Below are positions 28,280 through 38,454 of a stretch of 64,000 nt of DNA, piece after piece. The translations under genes and the position numbers were made by a program. Every line of letters begins with the position of its first letter. Within the stretch, counting starts at the first letter, position 1. This DNA is from Chloroflexota bacterium. GTDB taxonomy: Bacteria; Chloroflexota; Anaerolineae; Aggregatilineales; UBA3940. The notes under the pieces are model-generated. The model saw only the letters and a list, made by a program, of their open reading frames with translations, was not told the origin of the DNA and searched no databases. The stretch lies in the NCBI GenBank assembly GCA_010092885.1, contig JAADYX010000381.1, forward strand, positions 6,144 through 70,143, read 5' to 3'.

Positions 28280-30790
28280 TTAGCGACGGCGGCGGCGGGC
28301 AAACCACACACCCGCACCCACGAGAAGCATCACACCGGGCAGCAGACAGGTCATCGCGATGCTGAGTACGTTCACACCAATCGGAGGCAGTGGCTCTTCG
28401 ATGGTGTTCTGCCCGAAGTCATCGGTCGGGATATCAAGCGCATTTTCGCCCTCTGTCAACCAGTTGGCAGCGTTGATAACCAGCTCCGCGTTGTTGAAGT
28501 TGGCACGGTTCTGCAGAAATGTGTTTGAAGCGAAGTCCGCATCGCCGAATATCACAGCGCGGTAGTTCTCCTCGATGTTTTCTACGCTGACAGCCACTGT
28601 CACCGGCCCGGGGATATCCTCGCCAGGGTTGAATTCCACCCCACCCCCGCTGACCGTCGGGTCGCTGGTTTCACCCCAGGAAAGCGGTTGGCCGGTATTC
28701 CCGGTGCCCGCCGTTTCGATCAGACTGACCTGAACGACATTCTCTGATGGTGCGTCAAGCAGCATGCTCTGAGCGGTGAACATCACAGGCCGTGTGCCGC
28801 CATCATCAAGTGTTTCCACAATGGGCGAGTTGCCGAAGTTGTTGAGAACTGGTGTGGCGACATCCCCCACCAGACCTTCAGAAGTCACATCAATGACCAG
28901 GTCGTTGTTCAGCTGAACGCCCATCTCTTCGATCAGGTACTCACGCAGCACATCAACCGATGTATGTGGGGCTTCGATTAACCCGATCTGCTCTTCGGCT
29001 TCGAGGCTCCACAAGCGGATGTTGCCATCAGCACTCACACTGACCAGCGTATCATCGTCCGGACCGAGGGAGGCATCCCACACTGTGTTTTCGTGGCGCT
29101 CGAATGAGACATCCTCGCCAACCCGGATGGTGGCGTCAAACAGCGCATAGATGGCCTGCCCCTCTTCAGTCACTGCGATGCTGGTGATGCCTGTTTCCTC
29201 AAAGAGCGTGGTTGTTGTCGCTTCGCCACTTGAAACATCGTACGTGCCCTGCGTGCCATCTACTGCTACGGTGAGTATCTCTGAGCCGTCGGGTGTGTAG
29301 GCTAGCGAAAAGGCAACATCGCCGTGCACACGGGCGTTGTCAATCTGTTCGCCAGAGGCCGCATCCCACAGGTAGAGCAGCCCCTCGACGGAGCCAGTAG
29401 CGGATTGGCGCCCAGCCACGACAGCGATGCTTTCGCTGTCGGGTGAGAAGGCAACATCAAACATCTGAGCGGGCACGGCGATCGGCGAGAAGCTGGCTTC
29501 CTCGTAGGTGTCGGTGTTCCACACACGGATGATCTGGTCACCGGCGGCACTGGCCAACAGCGCCCCATCGGGTGAATAGTCGATGCCACCCACATCAGAT
29601 TGGTGGCCTTCCAGCACAGTCAGTTCTTCACCTTCGGTATCCCAGATACGTACTGTGCCGTCAAGGCTAAGCGTGGCGATATCACCGGTCGAAGACACAC
29701 TGACATCGACTACGGCACCGCCATGGCCGCGCAGAATGGCGATTTCATCACGTGACCCCGCATCCCAGACACGCGCTGTGCCGTCCGAACCGGCAGTTAC
29801 GAAGAAGTCGCCGCTGGGAGCAAAGTCGACACCGAGCACACCGGAGCCCAGCGCACCACCACTCACCAGGCCAGCCTCGGCGAAGACCATCAGAGCCCCC
29901 CCACCGGTCAGATAGGCGTCGAGAATCTCTATTTCACGCGGGGCAAACTGCGCTTCCGGGCCTGCGATGATCAGCATATCGGCATCGTCGGGGATCGCAC
30001 CATCCTCAAGCTGAAGCAGGTTCAGCGTTTCGACCTCAAAGCCAAAACGCCCGAGCTCGTTGACGATCTCCGAGTAGGCCTCGCCTTCAAATCCGCTGAT
30101 ATCACGCTCGCCATGGCCAGTGACCGCGTACGCTTTGCGCTCCTCACCGATCAGGACTTGGAGGAGGGCATTGCTTATCGAGCGTTCGCTGGCGCCCGTG
30201 GCTTCCGCGGTGCGGTCGCCTTGGGTGAGCACGATCACGTTTGTGCCGGTTACTCCGAACTGTTGAGCGAGCAGCGGCTCACGATCAGGATCAACAAAAC
30301 GGAAAGTGAAATTGCCTTCGGCTTCGCGTTCATAGGCGCGCAGCCACAGATCGGCCTCTTCACGTGCGGCAGGCGATTCGCCATAAAAGGCAATGGCCTC
30401 AACAGGCTCCTCTAACCGGTCAAGGAGTTCTTGGGAAGACTCCGAGAGCCGGTACCGGCTTCCTTCAGTAGCGTCAACCGGGGCGAAGTTCGCCTGGCTG
30501 ATGAGCACGTTCAGGCCGATCACCGCGGCGATCGCCACGGCACTCAGCAGGATAGAGGTGAGTGTGTACTGTCCGGCGCGCCCCGTTACCGATTCAACCA
30601 GAGCCTCAGGATCGAGGGCGATAAAGCCGGCCAGCGCAAGCACCACGACGCCAAGCGCTACGTAGCTGGTTGTGGTGAACCGGTTGCCAGGGGTCACGAT
30701 AAACGCGATGGCAAAGACGATCAGCGCGACTACGCCCAAACCGAGCAGAATATAGCGCGCTGTGTTGCGGTCGATGCGGATGTCATTCAT
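28280..30790 (-). CDS. GldG-like ABC auxiliary component with an inserted WD40 beta-propeller
   Basis: DATE...YRLS, FVDPDREP, TGHGE, IIAGP, YLxGGGAL, GDADF and NAANWL motifs; seven GH..WD repeats inside. Confidence 0.85.
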   Translation of the reverse strand: MNDIRIDRNTARYILLGLGVVALIVFAIAFIVTPGNRFTTTSYVALGVVVLALAGFIALDPEALVESVTGRAGQYTLTSILLSAVAIAAVIGLNVLISQANFAPVDATEGSRYRLSESSQELLDRLEEPVEAIAFYGESPAAREEADLWLRAYEREAEGNFTFRFVDPDREPLLAQQFGVTGTNVIVLTQGDRTAEATGASERSISNALLQVLIGEERKAYAVTGHGERDISGFEGEAYSEIVNELGRFGFEVETLNLLQLEDGAIPDDADMLIIAGPEAQFAPREIEILDAYLTGGGALMVFAEAGLVSGGALGSGVLGVDFAPSGDFFVTAGSDGTARVWDAGSRDEIAILRGHGGAVVDVSVSSTGDIATLSLDGTVRIWDTEGEELTVLEGHQSDVGGIDYSPDGALLASAAGDQIIRVWNTDTYEEASFSPIAVPAQMFDVAFSPDSESIAVVAGRQSATGSVEGLLYLWDAASGEQIDNARVHGDVAFSLAYTPDGSEILTVAVDGTQGTYDVSSGEATTTTLFEETGITSIAVTEEGQAIYALFDATIRVGEDVSFERHENTVWDASLGPDDDTLVSVSADGNIRLWSLEAEEQIGLIEAPHTSVDVLREYLIEEMGVQLNNDLVIDVTSEGLVGDVATPVLNNFGNSPIVETLDDGGTRPVMFTAQSMLLDAPSENVVQVSLIETAGTGNTGQPLSWGETSDPTVSGGGVEFNPGEDIPGPVTVAVSVENIEENYRAVIFGDADFASNTFLQNRANFNNAELVINAANWLTEGENALDIPTDDFGQNTIEEPLPPIGVNVLSIAMTCLLPGVMLLVGAGVWFARRRRR

Positions 30791-31542
30791 CCGACGTATC
30801 TCCTTGAGCCAAGGATCTGAGAAGCAAGCAGCAGTGCAATGATGATCATGCCGATGAAGTACGCGATATCCACCGGGTCAATGATCGAGTTAACGATCAG
30901 GGCATCGCCATGGTCACGCAGTGACAGCGATGCGATGAAATCTGAGACATTCGGGTTGGCGACCAGCCCCGCGAAGAGATCGACAATCCACAGCACAAGG
31001 CAGGAACCAATTCCGACGAACAGTGCCACCAGCTGGTACTGCGTCAGGGACGAGGCCAGAATGCCAATCGCCATCATGGTGCCTGTGCTCAACAGGAGGC
31101 CGAGATAGCCCGCCGCAATGGCCCCGATATCTGGTGAGCCGCGCAATGCGAGCACCACGGGGTAAAGCAGTGTGATCGCAATAAAGACAGCCACTGCCCC
31201 GAACGCGCCGAGCCATTTGCCGACGATGATCTCACCATCGCGAATGGGCGATGTAAACAGGAGTTCGTGTGTGCCCTCGCGCAGTTCGTCGGCAACCAGC
31301 CGCATGGAAATCGCCGGCGCGAAGAACACCATCAGGAAGACCATGGTGTTAATCAGAGGGGCCATGTCAAGTGGGGCCACACCCTGGTTCCACTGCTGAC
31401 CGAAGTAGAAGGAGAAAAAGGCCCCATTGATCAGCAGCCAGATGGCCCCGATGAAGTAAATCAACGGCGAACCAAACAGAAGCGAGAACTCCTGCTTGGC
31501 GATGATCCAGATCGTTCTGAGAGAGCGGCCTACGCTTTGCAT
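30787..31542 (-). CDS. ABC-2 permease (GldF-like)
   Basis: PAISMRLVADELREGTHELLFTSP...GKW. Confidence 0.9.
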   Translation of the reverse strand: MQSVGRSLRTIWIIAKQEFSLLFGSPLIYFIGAIWLLINGAFFSFYFGQQWNQGVAPLDMAPLINTMVFLMVFFAPAISMRLVADELREGTHELLFTSPIRDGEIIVGKWLGAFGAVAVFIAITLLYPVVLALRGSPDIGAIAAGYLGLLLSTGTMMAIGILASSLTQYQLVALFVGIGSCLVLWIVDLFAGLVANPNVSDFIASLSLRDHGDALIVNSIIDPVDIAYFIGMIIIALLLASQILGSRRYVG

Positions 31543-31546
31543 TTGG

Positions 31547-32479
31547 TCACCTCGTTTCAGCATCTTCGCCGGTCAGCCGGAGGAAGACATCCTCAAGCGA
31601 CGTGCCAAGCGGTTTGAGTTCAAGTAGATCCCATTCGTTGCCGACAACCGTGGTGGCCACGATGGGACGTACATCGAGATCTTGGGGATGGGCAACTTCT
31701 ATCCCATCGTCCTTGACGACAGCGGTCAGCACGCCTTCAATCTGGGTGATCAGATCGGCAGCGGTTTGCAGGTCGGCGTTGCCCAACCGCAGAAAGAAGC
31801 GGCGTTCGCCTTCCAGGCGGGTGGCGAGTGCATCCGGTGTGTCTTCGGCGACGATCTGCCCTTTATGGATCATCAGGACACGGTCAGCGACTTTTTCCAG
31901 CTCAGCCAGATCGTGGCTGCTGAGGAAAACTGTGCGGTCTTCACCGATCTCGTCAATGATGGCGCGCATCTCGGCGCGTTGGTCGGGGTCCAGGCCGATC
32001 ATCGGCTCGTCAAGGATGAGCACTTCCGGATCGTGCACGATGGCTTGTGCAAGACCCACACGCTGGCGCATACCCTTGGATATGCTGGTGATCATGCTGT
32101 TTTCCCGCTCCAGCATATTGACCTTTTCCAGCGCGATTTCGACCCGCCGCTCGCGATCAGCCCCGGATAGACCACGCAGGCTGGCGAAGTATTCCACGTA
32201 CTGCCAGACGGTCATTTCCCGGTAGAGGGGAACCGTCTCTGGCAGGTAGCCGAGCTTCTGCCGCATGTCGATCGGTTGTTCGAGCACATCATAGCCAGCG
32301 ACGGTGACGGATCCTTCGTTGGGCGGCATATAGCCTGTCAGGATGCGGATGGTGGTCGTTTTGCCCGCGCCGTTGCGCCCGACAAAGCCGACAACTTCTC
32401 CCACATCAGCAAAGAAGGAGATCCGGTCGATGGCTTTGTAGTTGCCGTAGTACTTGGTTAAGCCTTCAACCTGTATCAT
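31547..32479 (-). CDS. ABC ATP-binding protein (GldA-like)
   Basis: GRNGAGKTT, ISKGMRQR, LILDEP, SSH. Confidence 0.93.
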   Translation of the reverse strand: MIQVEGLTKYYGNYKAIDRISFFADVGEVVGFVGRNGAGKTTTIRILTGYMPPNEGSVTVAGYDVLEQPIDMRQKLGYLPETVPLYREMTVWQYVEYFASLRGLSGADRERRVEIALEKVNMLERENSMITSISKGMRQRVGLAQAIVHDPEVLILDEPMIGLDPDQRAEMRAIIDEIGEDRTVFLSSHDLAELEKVADRVLMIHKGQIVAEDTPDALATRLEGERRFFLRLGNADLQTAADLITQIEGVLTAVVKDDGIEVAHPQDLDVRPIVATTVVGNEWDLLELKPLGTSLEDVFLRLTGEDAETR

Positions 32480-32592
32480 GGTTTGTTCTCCCGAACCTGA
32501 GATGGAGCTGGGTGACTCCGCTTGAAGAAGAAAACCCCGTGCTATCCAACAGCGCAGAGTTTACCGTGACTGCTCCAAAGAGTCCGCCGGAT

Positions 32593-32622
32593 ATGATACA
32601 ACACAGCGGGAATCATTGTCAA
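32593..32622 (-). promoter_or_regulatory. Probable promoter of the Gld-like ABC operon
   Basis: TTGACA-N18-TATCAT on the minus strand. Confidence 0.5.
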
Positions 32623-32676
32623 CACAGCCGGAGTGCGGGTAGCATCAGAGTACATAAATGGTGGCAGGAGGGTGCC

Positions 32677-33429
32677 ATGCGACAGTGGATGACGAGTGCG
32701 ATCATCGTGATGATGCTGGTAGGGTGTGGAACGCAGACTCCGGTGGCAGAGGTGCCTCCTGCCGGAACGCCGCCAACCGCTATCCCTTCACCAACGTGGA
32801 TACCTACACCAACGTTTACACCCATCGCGACGTTTACGGCCACCGTTTCACCCACCCCAACGGCGACCGGCACAGCAACAGAGACTCCCCTGCCGCCGAC
32901 TGTCACCAACACGCCAGGGCCGACCTCAACACCCGGACCCAGCCCAACCCTTACCCTGCCGCCGCCCAAGCGAACCGTGCTGTTTGAAAAAGACACACCG
33001 ACCCCAAAGCCGCCTACACCAGCACCGAGTGCACCGCTGCTCGATCCCGACCGCAGCGGTGACCAAGACGCACTGACCGATGCGGAACAGGCTGCCGATC
33101 AGGCGGGTGTGCAGACCTATTCCGGCATGCGCTGTCGTGTCAATACAACGACGTACGAATGCGGCTGTGTCCCGGACGCAGTGACGGCGTCATTCACCTT
33201 TTACGGGCCTAATGACCTGCGGATCGTGCTGACCTCCCCGGCTGGAGATACCTCTGTTTTTCTCCTCGACCGGTTGGGGATCAACGCGTGGGAAGGCACC
33301 AGCACAGGCGCAGAAGGCACTCAATTGGAGTTGATAGTGGTATTCCGTCCGCGAGGTTTTGACCAACAAACACAGGTCACCTTTCCTGTTGGGGAACAGG
33401 CGACCTGTGTCAATCAGTGGATGCGGTGA
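32677..33429 (+). CDS. Pro/Thr-rich lipoprotein
   Basis: GGAGGG RBS, lipobox LVGC, long PT linker, Cys-containing beta domain. Confidence 0.75.
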   Translation: MRQWMTSAIIVMMLVGCGTQTPVAEVPPAGTPPTAIPSPTWIPTPTFTPIATFTATVSPTPTATGTATETPLPPTVTNTPGPTSTPGPSPTLTLPPPKRTVLFEKDTPTPKPPTPAPSAPLLDPDRSGDQDALTDAEQAADQAGVQTYSGMRCRVNTTTYECGCVPDAVTASFTFYGPNDLRIVLTSPAGDTSVFLLDRLGINAWEGTSTGAEGTQLELIVVFRPRGFDQQTQVTFPVGEQATCVNQWMR

Positions 33430-33465
33430 CATATGCCCCACCCCTCAAGGTGGGGGCTTCTACCG

Positions 33466-34539
33466 TCAGGGGACTGCATCTTCCGGCTCGCGCACGAAGA
33501 AGGGAAAATCGTAGATCGAAGCAGGCAGTGCCTCATCCAATGTATAGGAAAAGACATCTGACCATTGTGGTGTGGCACTGTCAATCAGATCATAGGCGTA
33601 TTCGGTGATGCCTGTGCCAGCGTCAACATAGGTCGAGAATTCAGCGGGCTCGATCACGATGTAGTGCGGACTGCCCATCCAGATGACTTCACCCCAGCCA
33701 AATGCACCATACACGAAGAGCTCGTTATTAGGGTTAGAGTCCCAGTGATAGGCGACTTTGCGCTCAACATAGACCTCCGAACTCACAGGATCGTACTCGC
33801 GGATCGCGATGCGGTACGCGCCATTGGTGGAGTCAAATTCGTAAGGCTGCCATGTGAGGGTGAAGTCCCCATCGTAGTTGAATTTGTTATACAGACCCAG
33901 CATCAGATAGTAGCCCGGGACAACGCCGAGATCCCAGTACGCCGGGTCGTTCTCCAGAGCGAACGGTGTCTGGAACTGCACGGTGGTCGGTTCCTTTTCC
34001 GGTGGGATATTGACCGGCATGTTGACTGTATCAACGATGTGGATCGTACCGTTGGACAGTTCGATATCGGCATCAAGGACGATGGCTCCATGTACGAACA
34101 GTTCACCATACAGGTCCTGCAGATAGATGTCCTGGTTATTCAGTTCACTTTCAATGGTGGTTAGGCCGTTGAGGTCAGATGCATCATACTCGCCAACCAC
34201 AATGTGAAACCGGGTGAAGTACTCCAATGTGGCATAGCCGTTGGCCGCATCGTCAAATATGTCGAAGTCCTCGCCAAACGCCGCGTTGAGTGTATCCCAG
34301 GCGTTGTTGTCCGGGACGAAGACCGTAAACGGACCACTTGTGTCACTGTCCAGATTGTATGTGTCATCGAGATCGGTCAGGCCGAGAGCCAGTTCCATCC
34401 TGGAGAGGGTAGGATCGTCGGAAATATAGTCCATGATAGTCTGGCTGGTTTGCGCCTGCACAACGGCTGCGTCTACCGCAGCAGCCAACAAAGCGGCCAC
34501 AGCCAGCACCAAACTCACAGCGAGGTGTTTAAATGTCAT
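33466..34539 (-). CDS. Secreted fasciclin-domain protein with an unknown aromatic-rich C-terminal domain
   Basis: Signal peptide; FTVFVPDNNAW, FHIV, NGTIHIVDTV. Confidence 0.85.
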   Translation of the reverse strand: MTFKHLAVSLVLAVAALLAAAVDAAVVQAQTSQTIMDYISDDPTLSRMELALGLTDLDDTYNLDSDTSGPFTVFVPDNNAWDTLNAAFGEDFDIFDDAANGYATLEYFTRFHIVVGEYDASDLNGLTTIESELNNQDIYLQDLYGELFVHGAIVLDADIELSNGTIHIVDTVNMPVNIPPEKEPTTVQFQTPFALENDPAYWDLGVVPGYYLMLGLYNKFNYDGDFTLTWQPYEFDSTNGAYRIAIREYDPVSSEVYVERKVAYHWDSNPNNELFVYGAFGWGEVIWMGSPHYIVIEPAEFSTYVDAGTGITEYAYDLIDSATPQWSDVFSYTLDEALPASIYDFPFFVREPEDAVP

Positions 34540-34716
34540 AGATCACCTCCGGATGATCGCAGATTCATGGCTATTGTACAGGCAGCAGACTGTAGGCGTC
34601 AATGGCACTTACTTACCGGCCCGCATGTGCTTTGTGGCACTTGTCCGCACCGAATGCTACGATCCATCAGATATATGATCCCGTACATGATAAAGTGACT
34701 TATCCATCAGGTGCCC

Positions 34717-36225
34717 ATGCAGATCAAACGCGATCCTCCCGGTTCGGGGAGGCTTACTTTCCGCAGACGACGTAAACGCTTCCCCATCCTGCCTGTGCTG
34801 CTCTATGTCGGCGTGTTGGCGGCAGCGGGTGTTGTCTGGCTGCAGCGCGACTCACTGCAGCCGCAGGTGGTGGCTGCGTTTGGACCAACGCCAACACCCA
34901 CACCTTCTATCGTTGAATTGACCACACAGGGCGAGATCGCCTTCTATGAGGGACGTTTGGCTGTGGCGGAAACGTACTACCGGCAGGCTGTCGAGGTTGA
35001 CCCCAACAACGTTGATGCGTTGTTTTGGCTTTCCCATGTGCTCACGTTGGAATACATCCAGAGCCGTGACATTGAAAAACTTGAGGAAGCGCTCGCCGTA
35101 GCGGAGCAGGCGATCACAGTTGATCCGGAGGATCCACAAGGCTATGCAGCGCGCTCAAGGGCATTGAACTGGCTGGGTGACTACAGCGCATCGGCGAATG
35201 CAGCGAGCAAGGCGCTTGAAATCGATCCGAACTATGCCCTGGGCAGGGCCTATCTGGCTGAGGCCTATGTGGATTTAGGCCGGCTGCGCCAGGCTCTGAC
35301 TGAGGCCGAGCGCGCCGTGGAGCTTGACCCATACAGTGTGGAGGCACGACGCAACTACGCCTGGGTGTTGGCCCACTACGGCAGCTACAACAACGCGATC
35401 ATCCAATACGAGCAGGCGCTGCGCATCCAGCCAAACCGCCCCGATTTGATGTATGAACTCGCGTTGAACTACCGTTGGTCTGGCGACTATGACTCGGCCA
35501 TCGCGACGTTTGAGGAGATCCTACTCCTCAGCCCGGACAATCCGGTGACCTTCTATGTTGAGATCGGCAAGACCTATTTTGAGCAGCGTGAAGACGGGGC
35601 CGCTCAGGAGTTCCTCGGTGCGGCGGTGCAGTTGGTCTGCAATGAGCAGCCCGAAGGTGAAACGGGTTCCACAGAAGATCAGGAGTGTCCGCGTAACCCG
35701 GGTGTCTGGGAGCTTTCTGACAGCCAGTATGATCAGTGGCGCAGCAGCCCAGACAATCTACCAGATAACGTCTTCATGCCCGCCTGGACCCTCCTGGGGC
35801 AGGTGTATTACACACGGCGAAACTTCGAAGACGCGGTTGATATCTTTGAAGAGGCCATTGCCTATGGTGAAGAAAATGACGTCGAGGTGCCGATCGAGAC
35901 CTACTATCTGACCGCGCTGGCCTACTACTACCTCAATGAGTGTGACCGCGGTGTGCCGTTAGCGGAGTATGCATTCAACCGGCTTCAGGACGACATTGCC
36001 TCCAGCAATGAACCGCCCGATGCCAGCACGCTGACCGTACAGAACAACATTCTGAGCGTGTTCGTATTGTGCCGTGACTTCGCGGGCGACCCCTATACCT
36101 CAACCGCTTCTGGCTTTACCAATGGCTTCCCGGAAGGCTTCACCGAACCGGATGTGGTGATCCGCCGCAGCGATGGCTCTGTGGTTGAAGAGAACGAAGA
36201 AGAGATGATGGATGATGAGGAGTAG
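34717..36225 (+). CDS. Membrane-anchored TPR protein
   Basis: Basic N-terminus, TM helix, many A-x-x-x-x-P TPR repeats. Confidence 0.85.
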   Translation: MQIKRDPPGSGRLTFRRRRKRFPILPVLLYVGVLAAAGVVWLQRDSLQPQVVAAFGPTPTPTPSIVELTTQGEIAFYEGRLAVAETYYRQAVEVDPNNVDALFWLSHVLTLEYIQSRDIEKLEEALAVAEQAITVDPEDPQGYAARSRALNWLGDYSASANAASKALEIDPNYALGRAYLAEAYVDLGRLRQALTEAERAVELDPYSVEARRNYAWVLAHYGSYNNAIIQYEQALRIQPNRPDLMYELALNYRWSGDYDSAIATFEEILLLSPDNPVTFYVEIGKTYFEQREDGAAQEFLGAAVQLVCNEQPEGETGSTEDQECPRNPGVWELSDSQYDQWRSSPDNLPDNVFMPAWTLLGQVYYTRRNFEDAVDIFEEAIAYGEENDVEVPIETYYLTALAYYYLNECDRGVPLAEYAFNRLQDDIASSNEPPDASTLTVQNNILSVFVLCRDFAGDPYTSTASGFTNGFPEGFTEPDVVIRRSDGSVVEENEEEMMDDEE

Positions 36226-36233
36226 GTCGGGCT

Positions 36234-37550
36234 GTGGGCATTCCGCTGAAGACCGGCCGCAAACGCCGGAGTTACGCTGACTACAAACCGCCGAAGCGCA
36301 AACGCCCGCGCGATCCGTTTCTGATCCTACTCATAATCGCCCTCATCGCGGGTGGGTTGTGGGTGTCTGCAAACAGGGATACGATGCGTGCGGAAATCAC
36401 CTCGTTGGTCGATGAGGACTCCAACCCGATAAGCCAGTTAATCGGCACGCAGCAGGTACAAGACACTGCTGGATCTCCAGGCGGCTCTACGCCGACAGCA
36501 GCCCCGGATGAGACCGATCTGGTCAATCAGGCGCAGGAAGCACTTGGGACCGGAGACATCACGCGCGCTGTTGAACTCTACGAGCAGGCTGCCGACCTCA
36601 ATCCGAACGAGCCCTCCTATCCCTACCAGATGGCGCGCTTGCTGTTGTATCAGTCTGCACTGCAGTATGGTGACGAACGCGATGCCACACTGGAAGCGGC
36701 TTTCCAGGCGGCAAATCGTGCTATCCGTTCCGATCCACAGAGCCCGCATGGCTATGCAATTGCGGGCAAAGTGCTTGACTGGCAGGGGCAGCCGGAGGAC
36801 GGACAGAATGAGGTGCTGCGCGCGCTGGAGTTCGATGACAGCTTTGCGCCGGCATACTCGTTCCTGGCGGAGATCCAGATCGACCTGCAGCGCTACGAAG
36901 AAGCAGATGCGTCGATTCAGACCGCCCTATCCCTTGATCCGCAGAACCCGGATGTTCTGCGCGATTATGCCTATGTGCTGGAAAGCCAGACACTCTATGC
37001 TGACGCTGTGGATCAATACCAGCAGGCAATTGCCGTAAGCCCAGAGATCGCATTCTTGCGCCTGGCATTGGCGCGAAACTACCGTGTGCTGACGGATTGC
37101 CAGGCTGCCTTGGACGAGCTCTTTGCCGCAGAGCCGTTTGCGCAGGGAAGTCCCGTGCTTCAGTTTGAGATCGGGGTGACATACGAGTCCTGCGTGGGCG
37201 ATCTGGCTACCGCTGTGCAAAGCTATGAGCAGGCTCTTGAAATTGATGAGGACTTCGCGCTTGCCTGGGAGCGCATCGGCACCATCAGCTACTATCAAAA
37301 TGACTACGTGCGCACTACACAGGCGCTCGGCAGAGCATATGAGCTGGGGCGGGACAGTCTCGCCATTAATTTCCAGTTGGGGTATGCACTCGCCCAGCAG
37401 CAGCAGTGTGCTGAGGCACAAACTTACCTGACCAGTGCCCAAGAGCTGGTGACAGAGGAACAAGAAGCCATTCAGGATGTGATCAATGAGGCGGTTGAAC
37501 TCTGTTCGCTGCCACCTTCCACACTTGAACCTGAAACCGAGGCTCCATGA
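36234..37550 (+). CDS. Membrane-anchored TPR protein
   Basis: Same architecture as the upstream gene. Confidence 0.85.
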   Translation: MGIPLKTGRKRRSYADYKPPKRKRPRDPFLILLIIALIAGGLWVSANRDTMRAEITSLVDEDSNPISQLIGTQQVQDTAGSPGGSTPTAAPDETDLVNQAQEALGTGDITRAVELYEQAADLNPNEPSYPYQMARLLLYQSALQYGDERDATLEAAFQAANRAIRSDPQSPHGYAIAGKVLDWQGQPEDGQNEVLRALEFDDSFAPAYSFLAEIQIDLQRYEEADASIQTALSLDPQNPDVLRDYAYVLESQTLYADAVDQYQQAIAVSPEIAFLRLALARNYRVLTDCQAALDELFAAEPFAQGSPVLQFEIGVTYESCVGDLATAVQSYEQALEIDEDFALAWERIGTISYYQNDYVRTTQALGRAYELGRDSLAINFQLGYALAQQQQCAEAQTYLTSAQELVTEEQEAIQDVINEAVELCSLPPSTLEPETEAP

Positions 37551-38233
37551 CAACGGTACTCTTGGTTGACGACGAACAGAACATCATCGAATTGGCGCGC
37601 ATGTATCTCGAGCAGGAAGGCTACTCCATTCTGGAGGCCGGTGACGGGGTAACTGCCCTGGATATGATTCTCGGGGATGAGCCGGATCTGGTTGTGCTCG
37701 ATCTGATGCTGCCTGAGCTGGATGGGTGGGAAGTCTGCAAGCAGACACGTGCCAAGTCCGATGTGCCCATTCTGATGCTGACGGCCCGCGATGATGATAT
37801 CGACAAGATCGTGGGGCTGGAACTGGGTGCAGACGACTACATGACCAAACCCTTCAACCCGCGGGAATTGGTCGCACGCATTAAGGCTATCCTGCGCCGG
37901 GTGGGTGGTAATGCTCGCGCAGATGAGACCCGTGAGACGCTGACCGTGGGCGATATTGAGTTGGATCCGGGCGGACGAGAGGCTGTCGCCAACAATACCA
38001 CGCTTGACCTGAGAGCCAAAGAGTTCGATCTGCTGCATGTCCTGATGGAAAACGAGGGACTTGCTTTAAGTCGGGAGAAACTTCTGAGCCTCGCGTGGGG
38101 TTTCGATTTTTACGGGCAGACACGCACGGTTGATGTCCATGTGGCGCATCTGCGTAAGAAACTGGCTGATGCCAACAGCAGCGTGGAAATCGAGACGGTG
38201 TGGGGTGTCGGGTACAAACTCAATGCATCTTAG
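37547..38233 (+). CDS. OmpR/PhoB-family response regulator
   Basis: VDD, LDLMLP, ADDYMTKPF, RTVDVHV, ETVWGVGY. Confidence 0.95.
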   Translation: MTTVLLVDDEQNIIELARMYLEQEGYSILEAGDGVTALDMILGDEPDLVVLDLMLPELDGWEVCKQTRAKSDVPILMLTARDDDIDKIVGLELGADDYMTKPFNPRELVARIKAILRRVGGNARADETRETLTVGDIELDPGGREAVANNTTLDLRAKEFDLLHVLMENEGLALSREKLLSLAWGFDFYGQTRTVDVHVAHLRKKLADANSSVEIETVWGVGYKLNAS

Positions 38234-38235
38234 GC

Positions 38236-38264
38236 TTGACAAATCCAATGTCACGCCGTATCCT
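38236..38264 (+). promoter_or_regulatory. Sigma70-type promoter of the aro-tyrS operon
   Basis: TTGACA-N17-TATCCT. Confidence 0.75.
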
Positions 38265-38311
38265 GATGAAGTAGTAAGCAGCGTGCAAAGCGCCGAGAAG
38301 GGAACCCAGGC

Positions 38312-38392
38312 GTGAGAAGCCAAGGACCAAACGTCCTGTTTTCAAGCTATTATTATGGCCCGCTTGCGTGGAGGATTTCTCCGTCCGCCTGA
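38312..38392 (+). CDS. Putative aromatic amino acid leader peptide MRSQGPNVLFSSYYYGPLAWRISPSA
   Basis: GTG start after GAAGGGA; TTT, TAT-TAT-TAT and TGG codons; lies between the promoter and a terminator upstream of aroH. Confidence 0.75.
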   Translation: MRSQGPNVLFSSYYYGPLAWRISPSA

Positions 38393-38425
38393 TGGCGGCT
38401 GCCTGCTGACAGCTAAGTGTGCAAT

Positions 38426-38454
38426 GGCGCGGAGTTAAACTCCGCGCCTTTTTT
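38426..38454 (+). terminator. Attenuator terminator in the aro leader
   Basis: GGCGCGGAGT-TAA-ACTCCGCGCC followed by TTTTTT. Confidence 0.85.
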
